Assembly (NCBI GenBank): GCA_965224715.1
Contig: OZ245054.1
Coordinates: forward strand, 1,300,334-1,364,333
Direction of reading: 5' to 3'
Origin: Spirochaetota bacterium
Lineage (GTDB): Bacteria > Spirochaetota > UBA12135 > COTS27 > CAXSBA01
Length of the DNA stretch: 64,000 nucleotides
Numbering within the stretch: the stretch's first letter is position 1; each line of letters starts with the position of its first letter. The notes below the pieces were generated by a model. That model was not told the DNA's origin. It saw only the letters and a list, made by a program, of their open reading frames with translations, and did no database searches. The position numbers and the translations under genes were made by a program. Below, in pieces: positions 10,039 through 19,747 of this stretch.

Positions 10039-10920
10039 TTATAACTGTTTTCTAACCCTTTTGTTCCAAAAAAGCATTAACGGGCCGACAATATAGATAG
10101 AGGAATAAGTTCCAGTAATAATTCCAATTATGAGTAAGAGAGCAAAGTCACGATAAGCTCCTTCAGTGCTAAGAAACAAGGCTAGAACTACAATGAAGGT
10201 AGTGGCACTTGTAATTAGAGTACGAACAAAGACGTTGTTTAAAGAGAGAGTGAGAAGTTGACGGTAGTCATCGTTATGAAAGTAACGAGATTCATCACGA
10301 ACTCGATCAAAGAAAATAATAGTGTCGTTTACTGAATAACCAAAGGTGGTCATAATGGCAACGATCACCAGTACATTCATTTCCATTTCAAATAGGAGAA
10401 CGGTACAGAGCATTATCATGACATCGTGGATCACTGCTATTACCGCTGAAAACCCATAAAGGAATTTAAAGCGAAAAGTAAGATAAAGGATAATAGCAAT
10501 GATCACTGTGAGAGATAGGAGGATAGCGTTAATTTTATTTTCTTCACCTACGGTCGCTCCAATTAATGTAGTTTGAGTGATTTCATGAGTATCTGGAAAG
10601 ACTTCGTTTAATCTAGTAATGATAGTTTCTTCAGTTTCAACTGCATTGTCTTCAATAAGAGGATGACGAATCACAAATGTGTTTTTATCGCTACTGGTGA
10701 TAGCTTCAGCACTTATGTTCAAGTTAGACCCATCATTGATTTGAGAAATGATAGCACTTGTGTTAAGGTTTTGGTTTAAATTGACTCGCACTTCAATACC
10801 TCCTGTAAACTCTGTCCCGAAATTGAAACCACGGATAAAGATTAAAATTAAGGCAAATAGAATAATTAAAACAGAAAAAATAATGGCAGGAATATTGAAT
10901 TTATAAAAATTGATTTTCAT
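10039..10920 (-). CDS. secF: Protein translocase subunit SecF
   Basis: GIDFTGG-like GTEFTGG and the multi-TM C-terminal half (GYSVNDTIIFFDRVRE) support the call. It abuts secD. Confidence 0.85.
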   Translation of the reverse strand: MKINFYKFNIPAIIFSVLIILFALILIFIRGFNFGTEFTGGIEVRVNLNQNLNTSAIISQINDGSNLNISAEAITSSDKNTFVIRHPLIEDNAVETEETIITRLNEVFPDTHEITQTTLIGATVGEENKINAILLSLTVIIAIILYLTFRFKFLYGFSAVIAVIHDVMIMLCTVLLFEMEMNVLVIVAIMTTFGYSVNDTIIFFDRVRDESRYFHNDDYRQLLTLSLNNVFVRTLITSATTFIVVLALFLSTEGAYRDFALLLIIGIITGTYSSIYIVGPLMLFWNKRVRKQL

Positions 10921-12425
10921 TAAATAAAGATTTTATGAAGTTTTGAATATTTTTTTGATTTAGCAAGAAGAACATTATAAACAAATCTAGTACAAAAAAG
11001 AGAGGTAAACATACTAACGATAATTCCAACCAATAAAGTGGTAGCAAATCCTTGGATAAACCCGAAGCCATAGTAAAACAATACAAAGGTAGAAATAAGA
11101 GTGGTGGTATTAGCATCAAAGATTGTCCAAAAAGCCTTATCATAGCCAATGTTGATAGCTTCCACCAAGGATTTTCCTTTTTTGAGTTCATCCTTGATTC
11201 TCTCGTTGATAATCACATTTGCGTCTACTGCCATACCCGCGGTGAGGAGAAGACCAGCTAGACCTGGCAACGAAATAGTCAATCCAAAAGAGGAAAGGAA
11301 GGCAACGACAATGAAGCCGTTAAAAAGCATAGCTGTCGAAGCGATAATGCCACTGGCTCGATAACGGATAAGCAGGAAGAGAAAAATAAGCACTAAACCT
11401 AAGGTAAGTGAGTTGACCCCCTTTTGTCTTAGATCTTCTCCAATCTTAGGACCAATTAGCTCTTTAGAGATGATCTTAATCGGAACTGGCAAACTTCCTG
11501 ACTTCAAAATCAAGGCAAGGTCTTTCGCTTCTTCAACAGTAAAACTACCACTGATTTCTCCTCGACCCCCTGGAATAGGTTGATTGATATTTGGTGCAGA
11601 CATTACTTGTCCATCCAAGACAATAGCCAAACGTTTTCCTTGGTTGGTTCTGGTAATCTCAGCAAATGCTGGAGTTCCATTCCCATCTAATTGAAAAGTA
11701 ACCACTGGTTCCCCATATTGTCCGAAAATTTGTTGAGCCGTAGTTACTACTGATCCATCCAGGAGAGGTTCCTTAATCATAGCCAAAGGATAACTTTCTT
11801 TACGTTTGCCCAGTATGTCTTTGACATAGAGGAAAGAAATATCATAGTTAGTAAATTCATCAATATTATTTATTTTTTTGGTTTCTGTATCATAGTCGAT
11901 AAGATCAGTGTTTTCTTCATCTACTATTTTAAATTCGAGATTGCCAGTGGTTGAAACGATATCCTCAATGCGTTTGGATGAGGTTTCTCCAGGAAGTTGG
12001 ATATTAATTCGGTAGTTCTCTAATTTTCGTATCACCACTTCAGAAACCCCCAGAGTGTCTAAACGATTATTAAGCTGATTAATAATTCTATCAATCCCTT
12101 CAGTACGTTCTTCTGTAGTAATTTGATTAGCATTACGAGCGGTAAGTTCAGCTAGTTTATCAAAATCTGCTTCGATAAAAATATTGAGGCCTCCCTTGAG
12201 ATCCAATCCTAACTTGATACTCTTTTCACGGTATTTGTCCGCTTCTAAAGCTAAAGTTAATTCTTCTTCGCTATATTCGGTATCTGAGCGAAACGCTATT
12301 TCGGTTTCAGAGATTTTACGAATAGTATCGTTATAGAAAAAATAATAAATGATAGAAGGATGAAGGAGGTAATAAGTAAACCCTATAATACATATAATGA
12401 TAAAACCGCGAAAAGAATTTGACAT
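10920..12425 (-). CDS. secD: Protein translocase subunit SecD
   Basis: LGLDLKGG, a periplasmic domain and the C-terminal 6-TM block (GMAVDANVIINERIKEE) support the call. It lies downstream of yajC. Confidence 0.85.
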   Translation of the reverse strand: MSNSFRGFIIICIIGFTYYLLHPSIIYYFFYNDTIRKISETEIAFRSDTEYSEEELTLALEADKYREKSIKLGLDLKGGLNIFIEADFDKLAELTARNANQITTEERTEGIDRIINQLNNRLDTLGVSEVVIRKLENYRINIQLPGETSSKRIEDIVSTTGNLEFKIVDEENTDLIDYDTETKKINNIDEFTNYDISFLYVKDILGKRKESYPLAMIKEPLLDGSVVTTAQQIFGQYGEPVVTFQLDGNGTPAFAEITRTNQGKRLAIVLDGQVMSAPNINQPIPGGRGEISGSFTVEEAKDLALILKSGSLPVPIKIISKELIGPKIGEDLRQKGVNSLTLGLVLIFLFLLIRYRASGIIASTAMLFNGFIVVAFLSSFGLTISLPGLAGLLLTAGMAVDANVIINERIKDELKKGKSLVEAINIGYDKAFWTIFDANTTTLISTFVLFYYGFGFIQGFATTLLVGIIVSMFTSLFCTRFVYNVLLAKSKKYSKLHKIFI

Positions 12426-12485
12426 TAGGGATTTAAGTAATAATGATTTAAAGTATTTATTTTATTATTATACTACAATAATGTA

Positions 12486-12842
12486 TTATTTCTTTTTTTC
12501 CTCTCTTTTTTTGAAAGCCTCTTCGGTAACTAGGACTTCAGTAATAGCATTAAGTGATATTTCCATCTTGACTTGTCCGTCTATGGTTATAGTAACCACT
12601 CCCTGTTCACGGTCAATACTAACAACTTTACCATAAATACCACCTGAGGTAAGAATCTTATCTCCTTTTTCCATAAGACGTCGCTTTTTTTCAATTAACT
12701 TTTGTTTCTTACTTTGAGGACGAATCAAGAGAAAATAAAATATAAAAATAATGAAAATTATAGGTAGAAATGAAGTTAGAGGGGAGGGGTCTGCTTGGGC
12801 TAAATAAATTGTAATATCGGGGTTTAACCAATGATTTTTCAT
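12486..12842 (-). CDS. yajC: Preprotein translocase subunit YajC
   Basis: A single TM segment is followed by RPQSKKQK...L.KGDKILTSGGIYGKVVSI, the YajC signature. It lies upstream of secDF. Confidence 0.8.
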   Translation of the reverse strand: MKNHWLNPDITIYLAQADPSPLTSFLPIIFIIFIFYFLLIRPQSKKQKLIEKKRRLMEKGDKILTSGGIYGKVVSIDREQGVVTITIDGQVKMEISLNAITEVLVTEEAFKKREEKKK

Positions 12843-12900
12843 AAAGTTCCTATATTTAAATTGAGTTATTGTAAGTTTATTTCAGCATCCATTTACAAGA

Positions 12901-13272
12901 TTATTTCTTATTTTTTTCTGCTATATTTTTTGCTTCTATAGCTACTTGCTTAAAACCATCAAGGTCATTTACAGCTAAAAAAGCAAGAACCTTACGATCC
13001 AATTGAATGTTAGCGAGTTTCATGTATTGAATCAGTTTGGAATAGGGATAAAGTTCTAATTCTCTCAAGGCTGCATTAATTCGAATCTGCCATAGGACAC
13101 GATAATCACCCTTTTTTTTACGTCGATGAGCAAAGGCATACATCCCCGAACGAAGAACACTTTGTTTGGCGACACTTAAGATATTTTTTCTATGCCCATA
13201 ATATCCCTTAGATTGTTTTAATATCTTCTTAGTGCGAGCTCGGTGAGTGACACTGCTTTTACTTCTTGGCAT
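12901..13272 (-). CDS. rplT: 50S ribosomal protein L20
   Basis: MPRSKSSVTHRARTKKILKQSKGYYG...RRKKKGDYRVLWQIRINAA matches L20. Confidence 0.95.
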   Translation of the reverse strand: MPRSKSSVTHRARTKKILKQSKGYYGHRKNILSVAKQSVLRSGMYAFAHRRKKKGDYRVLWQIRINAALRELELYPYSKLIQYMKLANIQLDRKVLAFLAVNDLDGFKQVAIEAKNIAEKNKK

Positions 13273-13298
13273 GATAAATCCTTAAAATAATATTTAAA

Positions 13299-13505
13299 TT
13301 ATATATCAATAACTTTGGCAATTCGATCGCTATTGGTTTTGTTCAGAGTGGTTAGCTCTCGTTTCTGACGTTTTCCCTTACTGCTTTTTTTAGTAAGAAG
13401 ATGGCGATTGCCAGCACGTTTTGCTTTAACTTTTCCTTTAGCAGTTAATTTAAACCTTTTGGCAGCTCCACGATGGCTTTTAAGCTTTGTTCTAGCATTT
13501 GGCAT
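13299..13505 (-). CDS. rpmI: 50S ribosomal protein L35
   Basis: [31 protein letters not shown] matches L35, and the gene lies between infC and rplT. Confidence 0.9.
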   Translation of the reverse strand: MPNARTKLKSHRGAAKRFKLTAKGKVKAKRAGNRHLLTKKSSKGKRQKRELTTLNKTNSDRIAKVIDI

Positions 13506-13542
13506 TAATATATGTTCCCTTTAAATAATATTTTTTTAAATA

Positions 13543-14154
13543 TTATTTCTCCATATTAGAAGAAGTATTTTTGGATTGTTCTTTTGGTTTAACTTTTTTT
13601 AAGGGAGAAAGAGTAACATGAATGTTCCTTCCTTCCAAGCGAGAGGGAATTTCTACCTTAGCTACATCCTGGGTATCATTTATTATTTTTTCCATCCTTT
13701 CTTTACCTAGATTAATAAAAGCCATTTCTCGCCCTTTGAATTGGATAGTAATTTTAACTTTATTTCCTTTGGCAATAAATTCTTTAACATGTTTAATTTT
13801 GAAGTTGTAGTCATGAACATCGGTTTTTGGTCTCATCTTGATTTCTTTAAGTTGGACATTTTTACGATTCTTCTTATTTTCTTTATTTTTCTTATCTAAT
13901 TGATAAATAAATTTACCATATTTTACTAGTTTACATACTGGAGGATTGGATTCGGGAACAATCTCTACAAGATCTACTTCCAAAATCGATGCCTTTTCCA
14001 TCCCTTCAGCAATTGACATGACTCCAAGAACTTTTCCTCCTTCATCGATAACCCTAACTTTTTGAGCTGTAATTTCATTGTTAATCTTGTGTTTTCTTTT
14101 AGGTGGCTGCTTGTTTCTTCTAAATCTGCCTCTAAAGTTAAATCTTGTTCTCAT
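13543..14154 (-). CDS. infC: Translation initiation factor IF-3
   Basis: INNEITAQKVRVIDEGGKVLGV, VDLVEI....PPVCKLVKYGKF.Y and LKEIKMRP.TDVHDYNFK match IF-3. The order infC-rpmI-rplT is the conserved operon order. Confidence 0.9.
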   Translation of the reverse strand: MRTRFNFRGRFRRNKQPPKRKHKINNEITAQKVRVIDEGGKVLGVMSIAEGMEKASILEVDLVEIVPESNPPVCKLVKYGKFIYQLDKKNKENKKNRKNVQLKEIKMRPKTDVHDYNFKIKHVKEFIAKGNKVKITIQFKGREMAFINLGKERMEKIINDTQDVAKVEIPSRLEGRNIHVTLSPLKKVKPKEQSKNTSSNMEK

Positions 14155-14405
14155 TCATTTCGGGGAATTCCGAATCCTTATAATAATAAATTTACATCAT
14201 TTAAGAATGTTATGATAATTATAATATAAATACAAATATTTTCAAGTATATTTTTTTGAAAACTATGATTTTAACGTCTGAGTTTAAGAAGTAAACTTAA
14301 ATAGATTTCTTTTCTTTATTTAAACTAATAACTTTGATCTAGATATTTTTACTTATGAACTTTAGTAAATTTTTTAATTATCCGGTTAGAACGTTGAATT
14401 TAGAC

Positions 14406-14434
14406 TTGATTTTTTTAACTATATATGCTATAAT
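14406..14434 (+). promoter_or_regulatory. Candidate sigma-70 promoter for rpoD (TTGATT-N17-TGcTATAAT)
   Basis: TTGATT is at 14406-14411, followed by a 17-nt spacer and an extended -10 TGcTATAAT ending at 14434, about 130 nt upstream of the rpoD ATG. Confidence 0.5.
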
Positions 14435-14563
14435 AGATAGTACAGGCAGTTGTTGTAAATTCTAGATTCATTAAAATTTTTAATAAACTTTTATTTTTTT
14501 CGTTTAATTTTGTCTATTTTATTTATAGTAGCCAAACATATATAATTTTGTAAGAGGTAATTT

Positions 14564-16330
14564 ATGGCTGATTCATTAAAGAATGTTGTAGATATCAGAA
14601 AACATCCCGATGTGATAAAACTTTTTAAGTACGGTCAGAAAAAGAAGAAAATTAACTTTGCTATCATTTTAAAGACCCTTCCTCCTAAGATACAAGAAGA
14701 TGAGGAGTTATTGGATAATATTTTTATCTTGCTCAATGATAATGGTGTAGAGATTATTGATGACTATAATGAAGGAGAAGAAAAAGATATCAAAAAGTAT
14801 AACCAAATTTTAGAGAAATATATCGAAAGCAATCGTGTTCTTAATGACCCCATCCGTATCTATCTTCGAGACTTAGGAAAAATTAAATTACTGTCCAAGG
14901 TAGATGAAAAAAAACTAGCTATGGAGATGGAGTCTGGAGAAAAAGATATTATTAATGTAGTCCATGAAAATCAGATTCTCTATGATGAAATGGCTAGGAG
15001 GGTTAATATTGCTGATGAGACTTACTTGGAAAATGATGAGACTATATTCCAGGTTTTAACTCCACTAAGGTTTTACAATATGGCTGCTGTGGAGAAAGTT
15101 AAATTAAAAAAACGTTATATTAAGTTTTCCAAAGTATATAAAGAGTTATATAGTAAACTCAAAAAAAGCTATAAATCACCAAGTAGTAGTAATACTAAGA
15201 AGATTAAACAATCTAATCGCTATTATGAGTATCGAAAAAGAATTGTCAAACTTTTTGTCAAAGAAAGGGTATATGAAGGAATTTACAAGGACATTTCAGA
15301 TAAATTGTTTGAAAGCTTTCGGGAAGTTGAAAGGTATCGAAAAAAAATTAATAATTGTGAAAATAATTACAAACTTAATAAGAAAGACTTCAAACAAATA
15401 GCGTCAGAAAGTTATGATAAGGATTTTATAGATAAAATTAAGAAGAAAAGTAAAGTAAAAAATTGGCATAACTTATTACGTGTTGCTGGCGATTATCAAA
15501 ATTCAGTCAATGCACTTAAATTAGCTCTTAAAAAAATTAAGCTTACTGAACAAGAACTCTGTGATTATATTGCTCGTATTGAAAAAGCGAACCATTTAAT
15601 CCACGAGTGTCGAGATGCTATTATCCGGTCCAATCTTCGTTTAGTTATCAGTATTGCTAAAAAGTATATGTATCGGGGGCTTCATTTCTTTGATTTAATT
15701 CAAGAGGGAAATATCGGTTTGATGAATGCGGTTAAGAAATATGATTATCGTAAAGGTTTCAAATTTTCAACTTATTCAACTTGGTGGATTAGGCAAGCAA
15801 TTATGCGAAGTATTTCTGATAAATCTAGAAATATTAGGATACCAGTTCATATGATTGAACAAATCAATAAAATGTCCAAAGAAATTGTGGCCTATATGCA
15901 AAAAAATGGACGAGAGCCTACTAACGAGGAACTGTCTAAGATTATCGGTTGGAAGATTAAAAAAATTAATTTGGTCAGAGGGGTTTGTCGTGATCCAATA
16001 TCTCTAGAAACTCCAATCGGAGAAAAAGGAGAAAGTTATTTAGGAGATTTTGTCGAAAGTAAAGAGGCGGTTAATCCTAGGAAGGTTGCCAGTTATAACA
16101 TGTTCCGACAGAAAATGCTCCAGACCTTAGACAAACTCCCAGAGCGAGAAAGAGAAGTGATCAAAATGCGATATGGTTTGGTTGACGGATGTCCGCATAC
16201 CTTAGAAGAAACTGGTTATATTTTCAATGTGACCCGTGAAAGGATACGACAAATCGAAAATAAAGCTCTGACTTGTTTGAAGAAACCAGAAACCAGTAAA
16301 ATATTTCAAGATTATACTAATGGTGCTTAA
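14564..16330 (+). CDS. rpoD: RNA polymerase primary sigma factor (sigma-70 family)
   Basis: Region 2 is FFDLIQEGNIGLMNAVKKYDYRKGFKFSTYSTWWIRQAI, region 3 is RIPVHMIE, and region 4.2 is LEETGYIFNVTRERIRQIENKAL. A long acidic N-terminal region is also present. Confidence 0.9.
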   Translation: MADSLKNVVDIRKHPDVIKLFKYGQKKKKINFAIILKTLPPKIQEDEELLDNIFILLNDNGVEIIDDYNEGEEKDIKKYNQILEKYIESNRVLNDPIRIYLRDLGKIKLLSKVDEKKLAMEMESGEKDIINVVHENQILYDEMARRVNIADETYLENDETIFQVLTPLRFYNMAAVEKVKLKKRYIKFSKVYKELYSKLKKSYKSPSSSNTKKIKQSNRYYEYRKRIVKLFVKERVYEGIYKDISDKLFESFREVERYRKKINNCENNYKLNKKDFKQIASESYDKDFIDKIKKKSKVKNWHNLLRVAGDYQNSVNALKLALKKIKLTEQELCDYIARIEKANHLIHECRDAIIRSNLRLVISIAKKYMYRGLHFFDLIQEGNIGLMNAVKKYDYRKGFKFSTYSTWWIRQAIMRSISDKSRNIRIPVHMIEQINKMSKEIVAYMQKNGREPTNEELSKIIGWKIKKINLVRGVCRDPISLETPIGEKGESYLGDFVESKEAVNPRKVASYNMFRQKMLQTLDKLPEREREVIKMRYGLVDGCPHTLEETGYIFNVTRERIRQIENKALTCLKKPETSKIFQDYTNGA

Positions 16331-16434
16331 ATCAATAACTTTCTTATAGTTTATAAAAATGAATTGTCGGAATGATTACCCGTATCATGGATTATCCAGA
16401 CAATGTTAATTTAAGTATGAAAGGTTTTATTAAA

Positions 16435-19400
16435 TTATTTCTTTATACTACGGATTAATCCGTAGAATTCATCATTTAATTTTTTATCTGAAAATGCGTA
16501 TCCGATTTCACTCCATTGAGTCTTAAGGATTTTAATCTCATCTCGGATTTTCTTACTTATTGTCTTTTCTCCTTGACTACTTAATTGTCTATTCATTTCC
16601 CAAATAATTTTCAATTTTTCATGAGAGTCAAAGATTGCTTTATCTGTTTTATATTTACCTAGATTTTTCATTAAATAACGAACACGAGTAAGAATTTCTT
16701 GTTTTTTGTCATAATTTTTCTGTCGTATATCTTTAACTTTCTTGTAATTTTCACGTCTTTGTTTAAAAAACCAGTGAATTTTTTGATAAAAAGATTTTTC
16801 AATAACTGAGTACCCTTTGAAAGGGATATGGCCAATATTTTTCCATTTCTGTTGGAGATCAATAACCTTTTTAGCAGTTTCTGAAACAATTTCTTGGTCT
16901 AAAATATTTTCCAGTTGTTTAAGTAAGTCTTTTTTTTCTTCTAGACTACGTTTTCTTTCTTCCCGAAAAGTATTAATCTCTGATTGATGTTCATCAAGTA
17001 TTTTTTTATAATGTAAAAAAAAGTTATCGTTGATCTTACGATTATTCTTGGAAAAAATAGGAAAAATCTTATCCCATTTCTGTTTAATATCAAATAATTT
17101 TCTAATCTGGGTTTGGGAATAGGCAGGATCTTTATTTTCTTGTAATAATTTATTAATTGTATGAAGTTCAACTAAGAGGCTTTCTTTTTGCTGTTTACGA
17201 TTTTCCAAAGATTCACCATGGTGGTTGAGAAAATTTTCAACGGTATCATAGAACTGCATATCTAAAGATCTATTTTCGGAAAAAGGGAATGCCACTCCAA
17301 ATTTTTGCCATTGATTAACAAAGCTTAGAAGCTTTTTTCTTAATGAAATCCAATTGGTTTTTTTGTTTGATTTATCTTTATTTTTAGAATCACTGGTATC
17401 CTCTCCACTAAGTTCCTTGAAAGATAAGAGTTCTTCTAATAAAGTTTTTTTTTTATTAAGTTTATTACTTCTTTCTTTATTGAGTTCGTGGTAGTATTGA
17501 TCACGATGATCATAAAAGCTGTCTAATTGGTTTTTGAAATCTGAATTGAGTTGCCGATTATCTTTATCAGAGAGAATTTTAATTTCCTTCCATTCATCGA
17601 TAATAGTTTTAATCTTAGAGGTCAGTTTTTTCCAATCTGACTCTTTAAAGTTTTGGGAATTAATGGAACGATCAATAATTTCTTTTACCTGATCAATAAG
17701 GTTTTGTTTTTGTTGTATTTGATTTTGAATTTTATCTTCTACTACCTTAACAGCGGCACTGTTATCACTTAAAATTTTTTGACAAATCTTTTTAAATTTC
17801 TCATTACTTTCGAGAAAATCTCTTTTTGATACAAATCCGATTATTGACCATTTTAATTGGGACTCCTTGACTAACTCAACTAGCTTTTCCTTATTTTCTT
17901 CAACAACGGCAGACTCTTCTAAAGCTTTACAAAGTTTTATTCTTTTATCTAAATTGATGGATTGTTCGCGATTGATATTTTCTTGAATTTCCAGTGTTTT
18001 ATTGTTTAATTCATCTAACCGTTTAAGGTAATTATCAAATAGTTCAGGATTGAGTTCATCACGATATTGAGCGATTTTTTTTTGGAAGTCTATATAGAGT
18101 AATTGTCTGCGATTGGAAATATGGTTAGGATCTTTTTTGAGTAGGATGACTTCATTTTCTAGCTCTCCAATTTTGCTCTTGATTTCTTGATTGAGTTGGC
18201 TGATAAATTTTTTATGCTCTATCACTTTTTTTTGAACGCGTTTGTTAATTTTTTTCTTACATTGAGAAATTAAATCAATAAATTGCTTTTCCTGTTCATG
18301 AAAAAGGTTGCTTGAAAAATTATTGGATATATACTTCTGTAAGGTATCCCATTCATCCTTAAGGGTATTTAGTTGAGAATTAAGTGATTCTATGGCTAAT
18401 ACCTGATCAATATTATCGAAAAACTTACTTAATTTAGCTAAAAGCACGTTTAGCTCTTTTTGGTTTTTTTCAAAATACTCTTTTTGTTTTAAGAGATTAT
18501 TTTTGATCTCTTGGATTTGATGAAATGCACGATTTTTTTTTGCAATATATTTCTCTCGGCTATGACTGATAACTGGTATGGAATACATATCTTTTGGAAT
18601 ACTGGCAATGAGTTCTTCTGCCTGGGTAAGAAGAGTTTCAATCTTATGTTGTAGCTGTTTAGAAAAATCATTAATATTCTCTTCAGTGAGTTCTATAGTG
18701 TTGGGGGGGACTGCTAAAGATTCAATATTATCGATGATTTTTATAAGCTGGGTAGCCAAGGAATAGCTGTGATCATAATTTAACTTTTTTCTTTGCCATT
18801 CATGGAAAACATTTTTTAAGTCGATCAACTTTTGTTCAAAAGCTTTAACCATCTCCTCAGTAATTGCCGGGGAGGACTTTAAAGAATCATAGTTTTCAGA
18901 AAAAAACTCAGGGGTAAGAGAAGAGCTCATAGCAAAGTCATTTTGATGTAATCTATTCTTAAATTCATTAACAGTTGTTTCTAAAGTAGTGAAAAGTTTA
19001 CTCCATTTCTCTGTTTGTTTTCGGACTTCTAAATCACTTTTGTACTCTGGGAGAGATGATAGTTTATTTTGAATATTTAGTAAGAGGTCGGGGAAAATAT
19101 AGGGAGAGCTTTGGTAGGCTATAAAGATAGATTTAAGAACAGAATATCCTTGAACATAATCAACTAAAAATTGAAGCTGGTTTTTATCTTGTCTATTTAA
19201 TGACAATTTGAAAATATCACAGAGAATATCTTCATTTTTAATTTTTTCTATACCTTGTTCCCATAGTTCTGGTTCTCTAAGGATCAGTTCTTTTATCAAC
19301 TTCTCATCTTTAAGGATTTTTAGAAATTTTACTTTGTCATTGACATTTAAATCCCAACCCCATTCATTAAAATTTTTTTCAATTTCTTTTAATATAAAAT

Positions 19401-19647
19401 TCTTAGCTGAGGCTGATTTAGAAAATAATAGTATTTCTTTAAAATCTTCAGGTTTGCGGATAAGGGATAGAGCCTTAGTTATAATTCGCTCATCACTATC
19501 ATTAATTGCCAGTTTTTTAATTATAGTAATGACTTTAGTGTCACCTTGTTTATATTTTTCTGTTTGAGAAAGAAAGATAAGGTGGTCAAGACGAACTTCA
19601 GAATTACTATTTTTCCAAATTGGTTTAAATAAATCACCAAGACTCAT
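16435..19647 (-). CDS. Large DUF349-repeat protein (1,070 aa, coiled-coil rich)
   Basis: A module is repeated, e.g. QQKWKNIGHIPFKGYSVIEKSFYQKIHWFF, NQWQKFGVAFPFSENRSLDMQFYDTVENFL, KQKWDKIFPIFSKNNRKINDNFFLHYKKIL and KTQWSEIGYAFSDKKLNDEFYGLI. These match the W..iG.vp....lw.rF pattern of DUF349. Confidence 0.7.
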   Translation of the reverse strand: MSLGDLFKPIWKNSNSEVRLDHLIFLSQTEKYKQGDTKVITIIKKLAINDSDERIITKALSLIRKPEDFKEILLFSKSASAKNFILKEIEKNFNEWGWDLNVNDKVKFLKILKDEKLIKELILREPELWEQGIEKIKNEDILCDIFKLSLNRQDKNQLQFLVDYVQGYSVLKSIFIAYQSSPYIFPDLLLNIQNKLSSLPEYKSDLEVRKQTEKWSKLFTTLETTVNEFKNRLHQNDFAMSSSLTPEFFSENYDSLKSSPAITEEMVKAFEQKLIDLKNVFHEWQRKKLNYDHSYSLATQLIKIIDNIESLAVPPNTIELTEENINDFSKQLQHKIETLLTQAEELIASIPKDMYSIPVISHSREKYIAKKNRAFHQIQEIKNNLLKQKEYFEKNQKELNVLLAKLSKFFDNIDQVLAIESLNSQLNTLKDEWDTLQKYISNNFSSNLFHEQEKQFIDLISQCKKKINKRVQKKVIEHKKFISQLNQEIKSKIGELENEVILLKKDPNHISNRRQLLYIDFQKKIAQYRDELNPELFDNYLKRLDELNNKTLEIQENINREQSINLDKRIKLCKALEESAVVEENKEKLVELVKESQLKWSIIGFVSKRDFLESNEKFKKICQKILSDNSAAVKVVEDKIQNQIQQKQNLIDQVKEIIDRSINSQNFKESDWKKLTSKIKTIIDEWKEIKILSDKDNRQLNSDFKNQLDSFYDHRDQYYHELNKERSNKLNKKKTLLEELLSFKELSGEDTSDSKNKDKSNKKTNWISLRKKLLSFVNQWQKFGVAFPFSENRSLDMQFYDTVENFLNHHGESLENRKQQKESLLVELHTINKLLQENKDPAYSQTQIRKLFDIKQKWDKIFPIFSKNNRKINDNFFLHYKKILDEHQSEINTFREERKRSLEEKKDLLKQLENILDQEIVSETAKKVIDLQQKWKNIGHIPFKGYSVIEKSFYQKIHWFFKQRRENYKKVKDIRQKNYDKKQEILTRVRYLMKNLGKYKTDKAIFDSHEKLKIIWEMNRQLSSQGEKTISKKIRDEIKILKTQWSEIGYAFSDKKLNDEFYGLIRSIKK

Positions 19648-19747
19648 ATGATTTAATGAAATTTAATTATATAATAAATCTATCTGTTGATGTTCAGTAA
19701 ATAAATTTACTATATGTTATAATAATTAAAGGCTGAACAAGGTTAAT

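Noticed and set aside
10901-11191. 96-aa ORF overlapping the secD 3' end and the secF start on the same strand
   Set aside because: It is an alternative frame of the SecD C-terminal membrane region. The SecD/SecF junction is already explained by the abutting genes.
16359-16400. Imperfect nested inverted repeat between the convergent rpoD and DUF349 genes (TTGTCGG...CCAGACAA, with ATGAT..ATCAT inside), considered as a bidirectional terminator
   Set aside because: The stems are short and mismatched and there are no flanking T/A runs. The support is too weak to annotate.
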